Assembly (NCBI GenBank): GCA_022709525.1
Contig: JAKLIQ010000001.1
Coordinates: forward strand, 78,709-142,708
DNA: 64,000 nucleotides
From: Candidatus Omnitrophota bacterium
GTDB taxonomy: Bacteria; Omnitrophota; Omnitrophia; Omnitrophales; Aquincolibacteriaceae
Direction: 5' to 3'
Made by a program: the position numbers and the translations under genes. Below the pieces are notes generated by a model. That model ran no database searches and was not told where the DNA came from. It saw only the letters and a list, made by a program, of their open reading frames with translations. Of the stretch, positions 37,998 through 48,135 are shown piece by piece. Positions within the stretch are counted from its first letter, which is position 1; every line of letters begins with the position of its first letter.

Positions 37998-40900
37998 ATG
38001 AAAAAAGCGTTTTCCTTCTTTATTGCTTTAACCCTCGTTTTCTCTCCAGTCATGTCCGCATTCGGAGCTACCGCCGTGACGCAGGATGCGTCCGGCACTT
38101 GGTCCTCAAGCGGAAATCACCTCGATGATGGAACCATTGCCGAAGCTTTGACTACCGCTGATCTTACCATAGGGGCCGGCCGAACCATTACGGTTCAAAA
38201 CAATAACGTGGCGGATGATAATAGCGGGAATAAGAATACGTTCGTGCTTGGAACCGTTTCCAACGCGGGAGGAACGGGCAGCTTGATCATAAATACCGGC
38301 GCTAGCGTTGTCGGCGACGGCACTCTTAATGTCACGGTGGGAGCGGCGACGATCGGCGGATCTTTTACGGTAGAAAACTTGGGGTCTTCCACTAAATCGA
38401 CGACAGTTAGCATTACAAATGGATTGACGCTTAACGGCGCCGGAAATTTAACCGTTGCCAACTATGCTTCTACGGACAGCAAGACGGTCGATTTGACGGT
38501 GGGTGGTGACTTCAGCACCGTCACATCATCCGTAATGATCACTTCTTCTGTAAATGCGGTAACAGGCGCTAATTCAACTTTAATCCTAAATGGCGCCTCG
38601 ATTAGCATTGCCGGCGGCGTTACTCTTTATGACAATGCCGGCGGCTCTTCTATTCTGACTTTTAACCGTGCCGGTGACCAGACCATCACCGCCGCGATCA
38701 ATGGAGGCGGCGCGGGACAAGGAGCATTAAATGTAACCGGCACGGGGGATACAACATTTAACAGCGCAGTTGGTACCACCTCTTTGAAGGAGATCAACAT
38801 TGCCGCCGGATCGGGGAAGATAACCACATTTGGGGACATTGCAAATGCAACCACTATTACCATGACCGGCGCCGGAACAGCGCAGTTTGACGACGCAGTT
38901 ACTGCAACAGACCTCAACCTTAGCTCAACAGGAACTGTTATTTTGAACGCAACGTTGACGGGAGATATTAATTTTTCCGATGATGGAACCGTGCAATTGG
39001 CTGATGGAGAAAATATTACCGGAAACATTGCTACCAGCAACGGCGGAGAGGGAAATCTGGTTTTGAAAGGAGCGCATGTTGTTGGCGGCACTGTTGGTAC
39101 GTCCTCAGCCGCCCTTAATACGATTACAGCGGACGGTTTGGGGACATTGACCGATCTTCAAGGGGATGTTTATGCCGGCACTCTTAATTTTGGCGCGGAC
39201 GGCGAAGTCCAGGTCAACGGCACAGCGGGTTTTGAGACCGTTGATAATACGACAGGCAGCGACCAAAGCGGCACTTTGACTTTTCTTGGCGCCGCCACCA
39301 TCGCCGGGAATGTCGGAGATAGTAATTCGCTTAAGGCGGTCAATGCCTATGGGGCAGGAACTATTTCAGGCGGCGACGGCGTAGATTTTCAAGGCGATTT
39401 CAATGTGGATGTCCTGAATTTTTACGGTGACGGCGAGGTCCGCATAGCCGGCAGCGCCACTTTGACCGGAAATATCGCCAATAATACCGGCGGCGATAAC
39501 ATGGGAACCGTTATTTTTGAAGGTAATGCGACCATTGCGTCCGGGATCGGCCTGAATACGGCATGTTTAAAAATCGTCGATATCAGCGGTGCCGTGGGCA
39601 CAACGGTCACCGTTAATGATGATCTTTACGCCCAAGATGTCTTGATCGATGCCGGCGAGCTCTATATGAACGGGGATTTGAGGACCTCCTCGCTTTCGAC
39701 GGTAAAATTCCAGGGTGACGGCCTCTTGACCCTAGCCAATGGCGGCTATCAGATCGTTACCAGCATTGTCAATGACACGGGCACGGATAAACAAGGCACG
39801 CTCGCTTTTGAAGGCGATGGAACGGTCACGAATTCCATCGGCGCTTCCGGAGCCGCTTTAAAGGCCATCAACGCCAATGGCAATGACACGGTCTATTTGC
39901 AGGGCGATGTTTATGGCGATACGGTCAGTTTTGGGAATGACGGAGAGCTTGATATCAGCGGGACCGCCGAATTGGGCACCGTGACCAACGATAGCGGAAG
40001 CGATGGCTTCGGCACTTTAACCTTCCAGGGAAGTGGTACCATCACGGGAGACGTCGGTGTTTCCGGCGCGAGCTTGAACACGATCAACGCAAACGGTTCC
40101 GGCGCAACGCTTGATCTGCAAGGAACTGTTTATGTGAGCGCTTTGAACTTTGGCAACGACGGCACGATCAATCTTGCGGACGGAAAAAATCTTAACGGCG
40201 CCGTCACCAATAATTCGGGGTCGACGGCCGGCACGTTGAATTTTCTTGGGGATTCTACCGTATCAGGGGATGTCAGCGCTTCCGGGGCCGAACTTAATCA
40301 AGTAGGTGTGAATGGGGCCGCCGGCACCAATGTTCTTTTCAAGGGCGATGTGTATGCCACAACATTGAATTTTGGCGGCGATGGATCCTTCACGATGGGG
40401 ACTAAAGAGAATATTTATGCCGATGTCACCACTGCGGCAGACGGCACCGGAGAACTTATTTTTAAAGGATCTTCGAACGTGAATGGCAACGTAGGCGTTT
40501 CCGGAACAGCCGTCAGGTTGATCACTCTGAGCGGCGGTTCCGGCCGCGATGTCCTCTTCAAAGGAGATGTCTATGCGGCAACATTGAATTTTGACGATGA
40601 CGGGTCGGCGACGATGGGCACCAATGAAACCCTTAACGCTAATGTGACCACTTCCAATGATGGCGCGGGAGAATTGATCTTTAAAGGAAGCGGCACTGTC
40701 ACGGGAGACGTTGGGGCAATCGGAGCCGTCCTTAGGCAGATCAGCGCGAACGGCGGATCGGGAAGGAACGTGCTTTTAGATGGCGATATTTTTGCAACGA
40801 CGCTTGATTTTGGGGACGATGGTACCGTCCAAATACAGGACGGGAAGAATCTTAACGCCACCGTGACGGCCAGCGCCGGGGCTGGAACGGGGACGCTCAC

Positions 40901-42662
40901 GTTTCTCGGTTCGACCACGACCGGCGGCGATATCGGCGCGATCGGCAACGAATTACGAGCCGTTAATTTTAACGGCGGTTCCTCCAATCTCGGCCACGAC
41001 ATTGCGGCCAACACCGTGGCCATTGATACGGGCGCCACCCTTACCCTGACCGGCGACCGGACCATCACGGGCGATCTGACGCTTGCGGGTTCCGGCGGTG
41101 CGGGAACGGGAACTCTCGAGCTTGGTGCGAACTTATTGACGCTTTCCGGAACTTATACGCAGGACGCGACCGCGCAAGTGTTGAGCTTATCTATTACCGA
41201 TGCGACAACTTACGGAAAGATCGACGCTTCCGCGACAGGAACGGCCGCTTTTAGCGCTGGAACGGTCAACGTGACCCTTGGCGGCGCGACGATCGCCAAT
41301 GGAACCCAGTTCACGATCTTTGATGCGGCCGGGGGCACCGTTACGACGGCCGGGATCACCGTGGCGGTTGTCGATAGCACGACAGTCACATTTAATCTTA
41401 GCAGCACGGGCGATGATCTGATCCTGACGGCCGTGACCGGACGGGGCGGAACTTTTCAAAGCGCCTCCACCAACGGAAATATCGAGGCCGTCGGCGCGGT
41501 GTTTGATCAGATCGAATCGGGAGGCGGCGGCACCGGCGACATGCAAAATGTTATTGATACGCTTAACGGCATGACAAGCGATGAGGAAGTCGCAAATGCC
41601 ATGGGGACCATGATGCCCGACATGAGCTCCGGGTCGATGCAGGCCAGTCTCAATCTGTCAGGGCAAAATTTCACGATGATCAGCAACCGCTTGGGCGGTA
41701 TGCGGAACGGTTTTCTGGGTGCCGGCGTCTCAGCCGGAGAAATGCTAAACGGCGTGGGCGTGTGGTTACAGGGTCTTGGCAGTCACATGAAACAGGATCC
41801 CCGCCGCGGGGTTGAAGGTTATCAAGCCAATCTGTTCGGAACCACGGTCGGCGCCGACAAAGTAATAGACCGGCATTTTCGCGCGGGTTTAGCCGGCAGT
41901 TACGGCTTTGCGCGCGTGAAATCCAAAACGGCGGGGAGCCCATCGGATGATATCAACAGCTTCCAAGGGACGATCTACGGGAGCTACGATTCTCTAGACC
42001 TCTGCGAAGCCCGTCAGAGCGGCCGGAAATCCTACGAAGCGGTGCGCAGCCAGGTCGAGAATTCCTGGTATGCGGACGGCATGTTCGCTTTTACGCAAAA
42101 CAATTATGATAGCCGCCGCGAGATCTGGCTGACTCCGGCAACAAAACGCGTCGCAAAAGCGGATCATCATGCTCAGCAATATTCCACCCAGTTCGAGACC
42201 GGTTACACCTTTGTATTCGAAAAAACAAAGGCGTTCGAATTTACACCGTTCGCGTCCTTGGGTTACAACTATCTGTATATGAACAAGTATAAGGAAGACG
42301 GCGCAAATGCTTTGAATCTTACGGTGGATGGGGAAGGCTACAATCAGCTCGAGCAGGGACTCGGGACAAAGCTCGCGTATCCGATCGCGGCAGAGAAAGT
42401 CGGGACATTCATTCCTTCGGTGAAGGCCGCCTGGCTTTACGATTATATTGCCGATGCATTCGAAACGACCGCAAGTTTTGCCGGCGGAGGGCCCGCCTTT
42501 AGCACCCAGGGAGCGAAACCCGCGAAGAACGGGATCCTCTTCGGCGCCGAGCTGGCATTCTTAAACAAAGGGAACATCACAGCGACTGGAAATTGGGATA
42601 TGGAGCTCAAAGACGAATATATGAGCAATACCTATTACGGTACCGTCCGCTACGATTTTTAA
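37998..42662 (+). CDS. Autotransporter (type Va) with a roughly 1,250-aa repeat-rich passenger and a C-terminal beta-barrel translocator
   Basis: Signal peptide; roughly 10 tandem repeats of about 70 aa (...GDVYA.TLNFG.DG...T..N..G...G.L.F.G...); C-terminal domain with MGTMMPDMSSG...GVWLQGLGSHMKQD...ending YYGTVRYDF. Confidence 0.75.
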   Translation: MKKAFSFFIALTLVFSPVMSAFGATAVTQDASGTWSSSGNHLDDGTIAEALTTADLTIGAGRTITVQNNNVADDNSGNKNTFVLGTVSNAGGTGSLIINTGASVVGDGTLNVTVGAATIGGSFTVENLGSSTKSTTVSITNGLTLNGAGNLTVANYASTDSKTVDLTVGGDFSTVTSSVMITSSVNAVTGANSTLILNGASISIAGGVTLYDNAGGSSILTFNRAGDQTITAAINGGGAGQGALNVTGTGDTTFNSAVGTTSLKEINIAAGSGKITTFGDIANATTITMTGAGTAQFDDAVTATDLNLSSTGTVILNATLTGDINFSDDGTVQLADGENITGNIATSNGGEGNLVLKGAHVVGGTVGTSSAALNTITADGLGTLTDLQGDVYAGTLNFGADGEVQVNGTAGFETVDNTTGSDQSGTLTFLGAATIAGNVGDSNSLKAVNAYGAGTISGGDGVDFQGDFNVDVLNFYGDGEVRIAGSATLTGNIANNTGGDNMGTVIFEGNATIASGIGLNTACLKIVDISGAVGTTVTVNDDLYAQDVLIDAGELYMNGDLRTSSLSTVKFQGDGLLTLANGGYQIVTSIVNDTGTDKQGTLAFEGDGTVTNSIGASGAALKAINANGNDTVYLQGDVYGDTVSFGNDGELDISGTAELGTVTNDSGSDGFGTLTFQGSGTITGDVGVSGASLNTINANGSGATLDLQGTVYVSALNFGNDGTINLADGKNLNGAVTNNSGSTAGTLNFLGDSTVSGDVSASGAELNQVGVNGAAGTNVLFKGDVYATTLNFGGDGSFTMGTKENIYADVTTAADGTGELIFKGSSNVNGNVGVSGTAVRLITLSGGSGRDVLFKGDVYAATLNFDDDGSATMGTNETLNANVTTSNDGAGELIFKGSGTVTGDVGAIGAVLRQISANGGSGRNVLLDGDIFATTLDFGDDGTVQIQDGKNLNATVTASAGAGTGTLTFLGSTTTGGDIGAIGNELRAVNFNGGSSNLGHDIAANTVAIDTGATLTLTGDRTITGDLTLAGSGGAGTGTLELGANLLTLSGTYTQDATAQVLSLSITDATTYGKIDASATGTAAFSAGTVNVTLGGATIANGTQFTIFDAAGGTVTTAGITVAVVDSTTVTFNLSSTGDDLILTAVTGRGGTFQSASTNGNIEAVGAVFDQIESGGGGTGDMQNVIDTLNGMTSDEEVANAMGTMMPDMSSGSMQASLNLSGQNFTMISNRLGGMRNGFLGAGVSAGEMLNGVGVWLQGLGSHMKQDPRRGVEGYQANLFGTTVGADKVIDRHFRAGLAGSYGFARVKSKTAGSPSDDINSFQGTIYGSYDSLDLCEARQSGRKSYEAVRSQVENSWYADGMFAFTQNNYDSRREIWLTPATKRVAKADHHAQQYSTQFETGYTFVFEKTKAFEFTPFASLGYNYLYMNKYKEDGANALNLTVDGEGYNQLEQGLGTKLAYPIAAEKVGTFIPSVKAAWLYDYIADAFETTASFAGGGPAFSTQGAKPAKNGILFGAELAFLNKGNITATGNWDMELKDEYMSNTYYGTVRYDF

Positions 42663-42708
42663 ACATTACGGATTTTCCAAAACTTCCACCAAGGAAAGGG
42701 GTGCAGTA

Positions 42709-42981
42709 ATGCGTAAATTGGTAATGGCGTTCATGGTTCTCGCTTTAATGCTGGGAGGGGCGTCTCTGACTGCCTACGCGGCGGATTGTACGAAAGACAC
42801 GCCGTTCGATAAAGTTTGGGATTGGGGCACCACGATCGGTAAAGAAGGCATGGAAAAAAACAAGGTCCTTGCGAAGAATAAGGCCGATCGCGTTGCCGCC
42901 TGCACCAAGCGCGAAGCGGAAAAAGCCGCCAAAGAAGCCCAAAAAGCGGCTGGCGATATGAAAAAGAAGCTCGGGTTCTAA
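42709..42981 (+). CDS. Small secreted Lys-rich protein
   Basis: Signal peptide MRKLVMAFMVLALMLGGASLTAYA; RBS aaggaaagggg. Confidence 0.45.
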   Translation: MRKLVMAFMVLALMLGGASLTAYAADCTKDTPFDKVWDWGTTIGKEGMEKNKVLAKNKADRVAACTKREAEKAAKEAQKAAGDMKKKLGF

Positions 42982-43014
42982 GACCGGGTTTTCGCGGAAA
43001 TTCAGTTTTGAAAT

Positions 43015-43047
43015 GGCCTGATCGTCCATGATCAGGCCATTTTATTT
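43015..43047 (+). terminator. Rho-independent terminator
   Basis: ggcctgatc-gtccat-gatcaggcc followed by attttattt. Confidence 0.6.
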
Positions 43048-43056
43048 AAAATAAAG

Positions 43057-43085
43057 GGAACTTTTTACCAGTTGCCAGCGTCTAA
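43057..43085 (+). promoter_or_regulatory. ECF sigma-factor-type promoter (GGAAC-N17-CGTCTAA), probably autoregulatory
   Basis: The GGAAC -35 element and the CGTCT -10 element are separated by 17 nt. It lies about 110 nt upstream of the ECF sigma gene. Confidence 0.5.
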
Positions 43086-43196
43086 ACGTTAGAGGCCTAA
43101 GAAGCGCTATCCTTGTCTCTCACTTCTTTTTCTTGAGGGCGACAAGGATTGCCCCATCCCGCCGCTACAAAGGCGGGATGAAAGGAATTGGGACTA

Positions 43197-43759
43197 TGCA
43201 AGAGATCGAGAAGGAGCTGATCGTAAGAGCGGGACAGGGCGACATGAAGGCGTTTCGGGATATTTATGAGCGGGCTTCCGCTTATGTCTATACCCTTGCC
43301 TATCGCGTTACCAACAAAAAGCATGACGCCGAAGAAGTGACGCAGGATGTGTTCCTTAAGATCCATCGCAATCTCGGCTTTTTTAAATTCGAATCGTCTT
43401 TTAAGACCTGGCTTTACCGGATCGCCGTCAACACGGCTCTTAACCATGCGAAAAAAAGGGGCCGTGTGGCCGCGCGCGAAGTCGAAGAAGTGTTTGAAGA
43501 CCCCGTGACCGTGACCCAGCCCGAGGCCAGAGATCGCCTGGAAGCGGAGGATGCCGCCGGCAAGCTCAAGGTTTTATTGGATCGGCTGAATCCGGACCAG
43601 CGGGCCTGTATCGTGCTTAGGGAGATCGAAGGTTTGGATTACCAGGAAATTTCGAGAAGTCTTGGGATCAATATCAATACGGTCCGTTCGCGGCTCAAAA
43701 GAGCCCGGGAGGCCTTGATGATCCTTGGACGGGGGGAGGTGGCGAACCATGCAGTGTAA
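43197..43759 (+). CDS. RNA polymerase sigma-70 factor, ECF subfamily
   Basis: Region 2 (FLKIHRNLGFF...WLYRIAVNTALNH) and region 4 (IVLREIEGLDYQEISRSLGININTVRSRLKRARE). Confidence 0.85.
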
Positions 43760-44246
43760 AAAAGCGCAGGAAGTATTGCTGACAAGATATCTGGACAAGG
43801 AGATGGGCTCAAAGGAACAAGCCAGGATCGAGGAGCATTTGGCGGCCTGTCCGGGATGCCGGGAGTTTCTAGAAACTGTCAAGGTGACGGCCGTGGCCCC
43901 TTTTAAAGAGGCGACTGAAATACGGCCGGATGATGTGGTCTGGCAGAGGATCCAGGAAAAGATCGCGGCCAACGAAACCCGCCTTTGGGGTTGGCTTGAA
44001 AGGTTGGCTGATGCGTCGGTTCCTTGGCTAAGGGTCGCCCGGCCGGTCTTTGGCACGGCGTTTGTTGCGGCCTTGACCTTGTTGGTTGTTGTACTTGCAA
44101 GATGGCCGTTGGCCCAGACAGATCCTGTTTATGGCTATATGCTCGAGCAAACGATGTTTTTAAGTGACCTCGGCGCCGGGAACACGGATCTCCTGAACGG
44201 CGACTTTGCGGAGTATGACGTCATTTTTGATCAGATGGCCGGGTAA
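43749..44246 (+). CDS. Anti-sigma factor (zf-HC2 type) with a TM segment
   Basis: HLAACPGCRE motif. It overlaps the sigma gene (ATG at 43749, TAA at 43757-43759). TM helix AFVAALTLLVVVLA. Confidence 0.7.
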   Translation: MQCKKAQEVLLTRYLDKEMGSKEQARIEEHLAACPGCREFLETVKVTAVAPFKEATEIRPDDVVWQRIQEKIAANETRLWGWLERLADASVPWLRVARPVFGTAFVAALTLLVVVLARWPLAQTDPVYGYMLEQTMFLSDLGAGNTDLLNGDFAEYDVIFDQMAG

Positions 44247-44302
44247 TGGAACTTTTAGCCATTCCCGGTTGTCTTAGTAACCGGAAAAAGGAGGGTACTC
44301 AA

Positions 44303-44839
44303 ATGACAAAAAAACTAACGATGATCATAGGGGTTTTGGCAGTGACCGGCTTGATGGCGGGCATTCCCGCACTTTACGCGGAATCGCCGGACGGGGGCCC
44401 CACAGACGAACAAGGCATTCGGCAATGCGACCTCAAGGGAACAGGTTACGGATGGGGAAGCGGCCGCAAGCAGCGGGATCCCGAAGCGTTTTTTAAGGAT
44501 CTGAACCTTACCGCTGAACAGAAAGAGCAGTTGAAAGCCCGGCGCGAAGCCGGCATGCAGCAGTCCAAAGCGGTCAGAGAACAGCTCAAAGTAAAAATGC
44601 AGGCGCTTCATGAGGAGATCGCCAAGCCCGGAACCACCCGGGAAAGCGTGAACGGGCTTATCGGGGAGATCAATGCCCTTAAGGCCCAGATGTTCTCCCA
44701 GAGGATCGACGGCATTTTTACTACGAAACAGGTCCTCACGCCTGAGCAATTCACGAAAATGGAAGAGAAACATAAGAAGTGGATGGAAAAGAAAGGCCGG
44801 GGTTGGGGGAATAGGGGCGGGGGGCAAAAAGAAGGTTAA
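44303..44839 (+). CDS. Periplasmic Spy/CpxP/ZraP-like stress protein (LTxxQ family)
   Basis: Signal peptide and two LTxxQ motifs (LNLTAEQKEQL and LTPEQFTKM). Gly-rich C-terminus. RBS aaggagg. Confidence 0.65.
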   Translation: MTKKLTMIIGVLAVTGLMAGIPALYAESPDGGPTDEQGIRQCDLKGTGYGWGSGRKQRDPEAFFKDLNLTAEQKEQLKARREAGMQQSKAVREQLKVKMQALHEEIAKPGTTRESVNGLIGEINALKAQMFSQRIDGIFTTKQVLTPEQFTKMEEKHKKWMEKKGRGWGNRGGGQKEG

Positions 44840-44862
44840 CCTCCAATCCTGTATTAAGTGGA

Positions 44863-44901
44863 GCCGGATCTCCTCTTGGCGGGGAGATCCGGCCTTTTTT
44901 T
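44863..44901 (+). terminator. Rho-independent terminator
   Basis: gccggatctcc-tcttggcgg-ggagatccggc followed by ctttttttt. Confidence 0.65.
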
Positions 44902-45060
44902 AGAGGCCCTAACACCCGCTTCTCATCAAGCCCGTTTTTTGCTATCATACCCGCCCTGAGCCCATTGGGTTCAGGGCAGTCCCGCATCCGACGTGGCGCG
45001 GGGCGCCCGTGTCTTTTTCCAAACCATAATATTACTTAAAAACGTTGGAGATCTAACGAG

Positions 45061-45840
45061 GTGGAAACGCTTTCTCAAAGACAAAATGGCATTCTCCGGG
45101 GGGTCATCGAGACTCATATCGAGACCACCCAGCCGGTGGGTTCCCGCGCTATCGCCGAAAAATACGCCTTCTCTTTCTCTCCGGCGACCATCCGCAATGA
45201 GATGGGAACCCTGGAGGAAATGGGTTATTTGACGCACCCGCATACTTCCTCCGGCCGCCTGCCGACGGACCGCGGCTACCGCTATTATCTTGATCACACT
45301 TCGTTCGAGGAACCTTCTCAAGGGCCTTTTGAGCGTTTGGCCGAGGATCTTTCCGCCGGGATCGATGAAGAAAAACTCGAGGAATTCTTAGACCGGGTTT
45401 CCATCCTGCTTTCTTCGCTCTCCCAGGAGGTCGGGTTGACCTTGATGCCTCTCGGAGGAAACGCTTTGTCCGAGAAGCCGGCGCGGTTTAAATTCTCATT
45501 ACAAGGATTGCCTTACATCCTGGAACAGCCCGAATTCCAGGATGTCCGCAAGGTCAGGAATCTCATCGGGGCTTTTGAGGAAAGATCCACGCTGACGAAG
45601 TGGGTCCTGACGCATGCCGACCGTGACCACGTTTCGGTGTCCGTAGGCCGTGAACACTCCAGCGAAGCCCTCGAGGATTGCGCGATCGTCACTGCCCGCT
45701 ACGTCAGCGGCGGGAACCGCCAGGGAGCTATCGCGATCTTGGGCCCGAAACGCATGGCTTACCGGCAGATCATCCCATTAGTTTCCCGCATGGCGGTCGT
45801 GGTCGGGGATCTTATGGCGCATGTGGAGCCCGAAGCATGA
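45061..45840 (+). CDS. hrcA: Heat-inducible transcription repressor HrcA (short form)
   Basis: N-terminal winged helix (QRQNGILRGVIETHIETTQPVGSRAIAEKY). It is followed by grpE and dnaJ. Confidence 0.75.
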   Translation: METLSQRQNGILRGVIETHIETTQPVGSRAIAEKYAFSFSPATIRNEMGTLEEMGYLTHPHTSSGRLPTDRGYRYYLDHTSFEEPSQGPFERLAEDLSAGIDEEKLEEFLDRVSILLSSLSQEVGLTLMPLGGNALSEKPARFKFSLQGLPYILEQPEFQDVRKVRNLIGAFEERSTLTKWVLTHADRDHVSVSVGREHSSEALEDCAIVTARYVSGGNRQGAIAILGPKRMAYRQIIPLVSRMAVVVGDLMAHVEPEA

Positions 45841-46496
45841 TGAACTTTCATTCCAAGAAGCACCATGGTTCTGATAAAAAATCTCAGGATCCGTCCTCGG
45901 AAAAACAGGAAACCGCGCCTTCTCCGGCTCCAGGCAAGGACGGCAAGATCGAGATATCAGTTCACGAATATGAGGAGCTCAAAAAGAAGGTCCAGGAAAT
46001 CGAGGGGTTGCGGGAAAAATTCCTGCGCGCGGCCGCGGATTTCGAGAACGCCAAGAAACGGAACGCCAAAGAAAAAGAGGATTTCATTAAATTCAGCCAG
46101 GAAAGGATCCTGCGCGAGATCCTGCCGGTGCTGGATAATTTTGAGCGGGCGGTGAGCCACGCGACCGCGGCTTCGGCGAACGCTTCGGCCTATGAGGACC
46201 TGCGGAAAAATCTGACCACCGTGATCGCGGGCGTCGAGCGAGTGGAAAAACAGCTGGTCGATATCCTTAAAATGCACGGCCTGAAACGGATCGAAACTTC
46301 GGGCCAAATCTTCAACCCTCATTTCCATGAGGCCGTTGCGCACGTAGCCGAAGAGGGCAAAGAGGACCAGATCGTCGACGAGCTGGAGCCCGGCTACATG
46401 CTTCACGACCGTCTTCTCCGTCCGGCCAAAGTCCGGGTCCGGACATCTCCCAAACGGACGTCCGCTCCCGAAGAAAAACAGGACGAGATCACCTAA
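45837..46496 (+). CDS. grpE: Nucleotide exchange factor GrpE
   Basis: GrpE core [21 protein letters not shown]...[11 protein letters not shown]. Its ATG overlaps the hrcA stop. Confidence 0.85.
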   Translation: MMNFHSKKHHGSDKKSQDPSSEKQETAPSPAPGKDGKIEISVHEYEELKKKVQEIEGLREKFLRAAADFENAKKRNAKEKEDFIKFSQERILREILPVLDNFERAVSHATAASANASAYEDLRKNLTTVIAGVERVEKQLVDILKMHGLKRIETSGQIFNPHFHEAVAHVAEEGKEDQIVDELEPGYMLHDRLLRPAKVRVRTSPKRTSAPEEKQDEIT

Positions 46497-46503
46497 TTAA
46501 ATC

Positions 46504-46575
46504 GGGACTCGGGGTTCGCCCCTCGGGACTCGAACAAAATGTGACGAGCCCCAAGTCTCGAGGAACGAGCCTCGG
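46504..46575 (+). repeat. Copy E of the GGGACTCG...CGAG(T/C)CCC element (short form)
   Basis: gggactcggggttcgcccctcgggactcg...gacgagccccaagtctcgaggaacgagcctcgg. It starts 8 nt after the grpE stop. Confidence 0.6.
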
Positions 46576-46585
46576 TTTTATTAAT

Positions 46586-47680
46586 ATGAAAAAACGCGAT
46601 TATTATGAAGTGCTTGGGGTCAGCCGGAACGCCGATGCCGAGTCGATCAAAAAAAGTTACCGCAAGCTTGCGCTCCAATACCACCCTGACCGGAACCCGG
46701 GCGACAAGGCCTCTGAAGAAAAATTCAAAGAGGCCGCCGAGGCCTATGCCATTTTAAGCGACCCCGACAAACGGACCCGCTACGACCAGTTCGGGCACAG
46801 CATGGGCGGCGCCGGATTTTCCGGCTTTGAAGGGTTTCAGGACGCTTTTGGCGGGTTCAGCGATATCTTTGGCGACCTCTTCGAGGATTTCTTTGGCGGC
46901 GGGTCCGGGCGCCGCCGCGGCCGCGGGCAACGCGGTTCGGACCTTGAATACAGCGTCGAGATGACGCTCGCGGAAGTTTTGACCGGGAAGACTTTTAACC
47001 TTGAGATCCCGCGCAAAGAGACTTGCGGAGAGTGCCAGGGAACGGGCGCCGAAAAAGGAACGAAGAAAAAAATCTGTCCCGATTGCGGCGGCCGGGGCGA
47101 AGTGCGCGTTTCGCAAGGTTTTTTTACGCTTCGCAGGACCTGCCCGCGGTGCCGCGGCGAAGGAGAATCGATCGAAAAGCCGTGCCAGGCCTGCCGCGGC
47201 GAAGGACGCGTCAAAAAGACGCGCAAACTCGAAGTGAAGATCCCCGCGGGGATCGAGCACGGTTCGCGGCTGCGCGTGACCGGCGAAGGCGAGGCCGGCC
47301 AGGGCGGCGCCTCGCGCGGCGATCTTTATATTCATGTGCTCGTCAAAAAACACAAGACCTTCGAACGCCGGGGCCAGGATGTTTATTGCGAGGTTTTGAT
47401 CCCTTACACGGTTGCGGTCTTGGGGGGCGAAGTGGAAGTGCCGACGATCACAGGAACGGCGCGCCTTGAGATCCCCGCCGGCACCCCGGCCGGGAAGGTC
47501 GTCAAGATCAAAGGCGAAGGCGTGGCAGTTTTCGGGATGCCTGAGCGGCGCGGCGATGAATACGTCAAAGTCGATATCGAGATCCCGGCAAAGCTCAGCA
47601 AGATCGAACGCGAATTGCTCGAAAAACTCGCGGCCGAACGCAAAGAAAAGATCCACGCAAAAAAAGGATTCTTTCAATAG
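46586..47680 (+). CDS. dnaJ: Chaperone DnaJ
   Basis: J-domain (DYYEVLGV...HPDRN); G/F region; four CxxCxGxG repeats. Confidence 0.95.
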   Translation: MKKRDYYEVLGVSRNADAESIKKSYRKLALQYHPDRNPGDKASEEKFKEAAEAYAILSDPDKRTRYDQFGHSMGGAGFSGFEGFQDAFGGFSDIFGDLFEDFFGGGSGRRRGRGQRGSDLEYSVEMTLAEVLTGKTFNLEIPRKETCGECQGTGAEKGTKKKICPDCGGRGEVRVSQGFFTLRRTCPRCRGEGESIEKPCQACRGEGRVKKTRKLEVKIPAGIEHGSRLRVTGEGEAGQGGASRGDLYIHVLVKKHKTFERRGQDVYCEVLIPYTVAVLGGEVEVPTITGTARLEIPAGTPAGKVVKIKGEGVAVFGMPERRGDEYVKVDIEIPAKLSKIERELLEKLAAERKEKIHAKKGFFQ

Positions 47681-47688
47681 GAGTGATC

Positions 47689-48120
47689 ATGGACTATTTT
47701 GATTACCGTTACAGGGTGCTTTACGCTGATACCGACCAGATGGGGATCACCTACTACGCGAATTATTTCAAGTGGTTCGAGGCCGCCCGCACCGAATATT
47801 TCCGGGCGCTGGGTTTTCCCTATACCGAATGCGAAAAAAAAGGCATCTATCTTCCCGTCGCGGAGGCGCACGCCAATTATGTTGCGCCCTCGACCTATGA
47901 CGACGATATCATTGTTCGCACCAGCGTGGCGGAGATCGGTAACAGCACGCTGCGGTTCGAATACCAGGTCATGAAAGCCAAGACCCAGATCATGGTCGCG
48001 ACGGGCTATACGGTGCATGTGTTCGTGAACAAAGCCATGAAACCGTGCCGCGTGCCGGAGGAGATCAAGCGGGTCGTTAAAGAGCACACGCTTCTCAAAA
48101 AACGCTGCCGCTGCAAATGA
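47689..48120 (+). CDS. Acyl-CoA thioesterase, YbgC/4HBT hotdog family
   Basis: YADTDQMGITYYANYFKWFEAARTEYF matches the 4HBT motif. AGGAG lies 6 nt before ATG 47689. Confidence 0.7.
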   Translation: MDYFDYRYRVLYADTDQMGITYYANYFKWFEAARTEYFRALGFPYTECEKKGIYLPVAEAHANYVAPSTYDDDIIVRTSVAEIGNSTLRFEYQVMKAKTQIMVATGYTVHVFVNKAMKPCRVPEEIKRVVKEHTLLKKRCRCK

Positions 48121-48135
48121 CGCGGCAGAGCCGCG

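Noticed and set aside
44906-45060. CIRCE element upstream of hrcA
   Set aside because: No TTAGCACTC-N9-GAGTGCTAA match was found by eye. Only a weak unrelated inverted repeat is present.
46754-47677. 307-aa minus-strand ORF
   Set aside because: It is antisense to dnaJ. It is Arg/Ala-rich, which is typical of a GC-rich antisense frame.
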